Made by a program: the position numbers and the translations under genes. Positions 63,501 to 64,000 of a DNA stretch of 64,000 nt are shown here, piece after piece. The stretch's first letter is position 1, and every line of letters starts with the position of its first letter. The stretch lies in the sequence record MN642089.1. One strand, given 5' to 3'. The notes beneath the pieces were generated by a model. That model worked only from the letters and a program-made list of their open reading frames with translations. It did no database searches and had not been told where the DNA came from. The DNA comes from Klebsiella phage N1M2.

Positions 63501-64000
63501 ACCTTCGTTATATACAAACTCAGCGGTATAGAGCCCACCGACTTGTTCAACGGTGTTCGGGAAGTTAGTGCTTAAATGACCTTCATAGATCATCGCGTCA
63601 TTTTCATCCCAGGTAGTAAACTTCATTGCACCGAAGTTACCTTGCTGGAGTAACGCAGATGGAGGAGCACTAATTCTTACCTTATTGCCTTTATAGAAAG
63701 CAGTGATCTTAACCTGTACATCTGAACCTGATGGCGCGGTAACGGTTTCTGGATCAATTACGAAAGTAAGATCGAAACTGTTATCCTTTTCGATAACCAC
63801 ATTGATTCTGAACGTTTTCTTAACAGGTCGACCTTGCCACATATAAGTGACACGCACGATGATCTCATCACGGACTTCTTTTTCAGAAGAACCATAAATG
63901 GTTTCACCAATGATGAAGTTTCCGTCTTCAGAACGTTTAGGAATGGTGTAACCAGAACCAGTACTGATTTCGATCAAAGCTTCATGTGTGATGTCAATAG
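54579..64000 (-). CDS. giant Ig-like-repeat protein (>3140 aa), 5' end beyond window
   Basis: Frame stays open to window edge; dozens of Ig/FN3-like units. Confidence 0.6.
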   Translation of the reverse strand, partial: IDITHEALIEISTGSGYTIPKRSEDGNFIIGETIYGSSEKEVRDEIIVRVTYMWQGRPVKKTFRINVVIEKDNSFDLTFVIDPETVTAPSGSDVQVKITAFYKGNKVRISAPPSALLQQGNFGAMKFTTWDENDAMIYEGHLSTNFPNTVEQVGGLYTAEFVYNEGDITSKAPAYVNVVLTRPDTGPKFEIRSFPAVIRGHKGDKGLLTVGAFYNDEPISPTDLDIRTGKKGEKELIEYNSVDQLGVNYTIIKDANKPGEEIEDDYDQVFRWIAPTGVRYVITRKVRVIVAQVSTVELVPVLSNPLVVNKYQFGDYPFKLIVNGVDVTKKISDYTFEDEKGFIIPKKGNADQWFVGNAPDVPAPAESTTVPFKFRYTIDGVWRQFTYDQTFNVNAWEQDPGTTEPGINTKTVAVPSSALIDGLSDETGYFEFQVYHLSEDITATAEIMKDKLVTPAGITFNSFVYIEERNVIRANYSKLQPTTEPGKVYIQRPGIEDPKPEDIALVHVSTDVKQSRVLVLKDYDKETTVEVGGSSALAKITLTFAGKVVPLTDPNLTYKRTDKSNVRIVDVKDNGVEVVDNVWEYIGETRQSGLELEYIYTDPRDGKQTNVKFTLPVFTVYPEMRLEGTPAAPIDAAIWDTGLLPFTLMAGNTNWTGAITSVKSIQDNEYIAFNKLNWEVIWAEKEATTITIPLEIKWTVGKAKDRKFITEVVFNLEPWDQITFGGDWEPKSIKADSRTNGTITGNFVYKGKPANADVVVDKAASTIPETFIMGVSSNVDGEGVVIGYETTRGGDYLMTLIYRHTPSGRTIQADIPTEIAWPHELNLVKITPSVKGIWNAEATIELVYNWDGIPLTLNDPKLKLTATSGDGEPVELVKINDESLTVKLAKGGEKGEDYDYDFKINVEYVDPNGKTWTNENTVPVVIHIPDVRIGANPSFNVNVWDRGVVGITLVDDQGRPVPIESLTPRGTNPYITFTEPNKWYVTGGSQSTSITTTLRLSAQYSMGGNTYQMDTETDFNIAKYDGKKFVITEGPEEVEGKAGTPGTMKFRFKYAGDVAKNVSIDLGKSTIPKNIVLGEITPDGDVPYTLLGQAEDTLRLVFVRENATNPPVVNDDYAVAVVKVITQSSDEVFTVESKTPAITIPWMETATIVLALKYGEYGIPGNTPGLKYELVDNGKAHSIRIVGGVSNGVVIQAIRSNVSEALTVYPEDIKVTYEVGAPAPKEGTISTQVSIQMGKVEITNNDPINGKIWDRGSFTQGIKMGDNPLNTVQGYKTNEPDNQWVEFIAPRGWEIIGAEKVQSDKTIKMQVLYKVDEVPEVQSLEFDATFRIQGAQDTTRFKCTVTPNKLETAVGEQNTLKVRPIYKDKEVGASATFKPELSTFPKSVKYVSSSMDGVDFVLTFEGVEAGLGEMDLVFWSPAAGTDPAPYDVWTGKVPTKVMGELGVEIGDRDNLLTGKDGDTGEYKLQILFGGIPIDAKQEMANGSLRVTVEKGEGASPNAGVLSIGSWESESFNYSLAGVVAPGREITVSDFINITYTYGGNNYSRRVEIPELYTSAPVVVVPRSPVACKMFDTQSLGIGSATCGDVSLTASSLPAPAESGWMNCELDEEQPNGYITVSLRSFTVVKADETNKSLTLKMIYNGIYRNWTWKGEADVVFNIAAWNQRTLESFWMHRNPPEHYPDNTYPLVMEVGDVTTVDMQTVYKLIPNFNNTDIIDYLETDFRDAMDIEFTGPIGGGSEARARYSVTPTKEFKGDIKLILRRPGGAKPGVEFLDWCSLVIGADFKQPPLLVTGWNAGLKGGNGDKGNMPLRVTLRGRNILLDNPDLKITLDPDDIIKITGSNQTQYQYEVIAPIDAELGKREIKVSLSYTDPNTGTTHTGEYTQPFEIVVPADYPVITPIRVSVEPFNRVRGPQIFKVMVGGTDLTTQCTPVSMETLDADAQGILIIPDDENPNKDWMWCIDNYIGNTGNHNVRTSWVIEVPFRGSTIQIPDVELTTLVASRPTHAGWIQGTGAPNPFELTKDKEGELRFKMTNRGLPTTALTLNQEQTQNSAFFEVLSVEPDGDELVVKYKGLNSFFAVFNFVWDVVGYDGTNDLHQRGKVQLKAFQGPRLEPNTDPVDVDIWGKFTPFKVFSGETDITTQCSITAISSNYFEAGPSATVQCINADPTPKTVEVEFTYSTPASTGNVVLTGKITVNISAWDGIEFWGEPVNKNGVSAPVITEEGDGFVINIPFTNNFYTFFFRAMLKNKTYPIGTNRSGYSTINRIESEDPTAIHWTSGGGSNANEVSVRVIPDKLGKYKGKVPLQYNGTEANGPNGYPAGTPGKNFDNMPVIWNMFEDKITFREGFVPEPIIVPAGSTTVVDVPCDLVWGALAVNLNLTNEVISVGLTHDLGIATLFGASNVQGTNRFNWTAKSYKISPAAVKPGATDVTSYFTFNIRFKNPNNNKEYTFSYDQPIIFKAKEGATDPVLTVTDVQEVNTSVWKKNTGLPFKLAIDGVDYPADTSSVTNIKAADKDKDWLEMGPKLTDGYTVIDGEPEATTKTGTFIVTVVQGPRVWEIEQDVVFNIEGYDGQALSFKFNNPSQFNNGIMGQTNAIFRGTVSGEYRKVAISDYSLFEIDSARSKLPGFAENIYNQGPDNNSKNIYFNWQALATDMKEPQEGYLCVGLKSRMYLPDAVEGVDFTYVKVPVQTYYVDGYYLISADPEEFTGQFGGPVMRMDVKYRKGIDEARILSTDFNRAVFTPNVVTTTYIAGGYFQFKFANDIDVGELTSDVVAAWNKDTNIPPDRQLKIPFKVTQVSTVPKPTVTNLTSEITAHINESGPLPFKLDWKGNDVTDQISAVRISDNSYVSIKDKGWVISHADVQTTKVMPTFEVDITLDNVTFTIKQEVTFTVYGYNGKEINATADDVILMTGEQGFITIKGDYSGEPLVGNVTFDKSSSISIPAGLITFGNMSPGSDGTLVIKVTGGNVGNGDLKIRLKSVHDTGNGNIGSDYIDLRPKVEILPTELTPASGFQTTGTGNYYELPTLIQSVLLGSTALANTDENLIIQIVDYPAVTIGTLSDKTIGYKFTNDSTEEVIHKFKLKFTYKGRSEYIVDITLTQSASPTTPYVTDITQIDVEYSKSYAAPFKVISPR

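Overview
This 64-kb window reads as one contiguous piece of a large virulent tailed-phage genome rather than a bacterial chromosome. Genes are tightly packed, have E. coli-like codon usage and are about 43% GC by eye. Almost every cassette ends in a GC-rich palindromic hairpin followed by a T-run. From left to right the layout is as follows. (i) 0-3.5 kb, + strand: a strongly codon-optimised 310-aa protein, a RuvC-like resolvase and a membrane protein with an internal tandem duplication. (ii) 3.5-5.5 kb, - strand: a 409-aa protein translationally coupled to an overlapped i-spanin/o-spanin pair. (iii) 5.5-19.9 kb, + strand: four tail-fibre paralogs of 254, 1239, 1254 and 1965 aa that share an N-terminal attachment domain. 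The 1965-aa fibre ends in about 30 DUF285/BspA-type repeats. (iv) 19.9-20.9 kb, - strand: a central spike resembling P2 gpV and phi92 gp138, with a C-terminal HRH apex. (v) 20.9-33 kb, + strand: a Rad50/SbcC/T4 gp46-like ATPase with no adjacent Mre11, a secreted SLT lytic transglycosylase, an NAD-dependent DNA ligase, RNase H, and a codon-optimised P-loop kinase-like protein carrying a long acidic linker. (vi) 33-47.4 kb, + strand: an early-type block of about 30 small genes of unknown function. It contains a GIY-YIG nuclease co-transcribed with two XRE-type HTH proteins, a small lipoprotein and several small membrane proteins. (vii) 47.4-64 kb, - strand: three consecutive giant Ig-like-repeat proteins of 722, 1539 and more than 3132 aa; the last runs off the window edge. 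By inference the architecture fits an rV5/phi92-like myovirus of enterobacteria, but I cannot name it. The items I would look at first are the DUF285/BspA-repeat fibre, the giant Ig-like triad, the orphan Rad50-like ATPase, the GIY-YIG/HTH/HTH cassette, three near-identical ~60-nt promoter/leader modules, and a recurrent CTTATAGA(A/G)GGA / TATAGAGAGAAA motif just upstream of many start codons. No tRNA, CRISPR array, integrase or reverse transcriptase was seen. Coordinates for hairpins and motifs are hand-counted and may be off by 1-2 nt. One line near 4.0-4.1 kb did not re-translate cleanly by hand, so there I relied on the ORF track frame.
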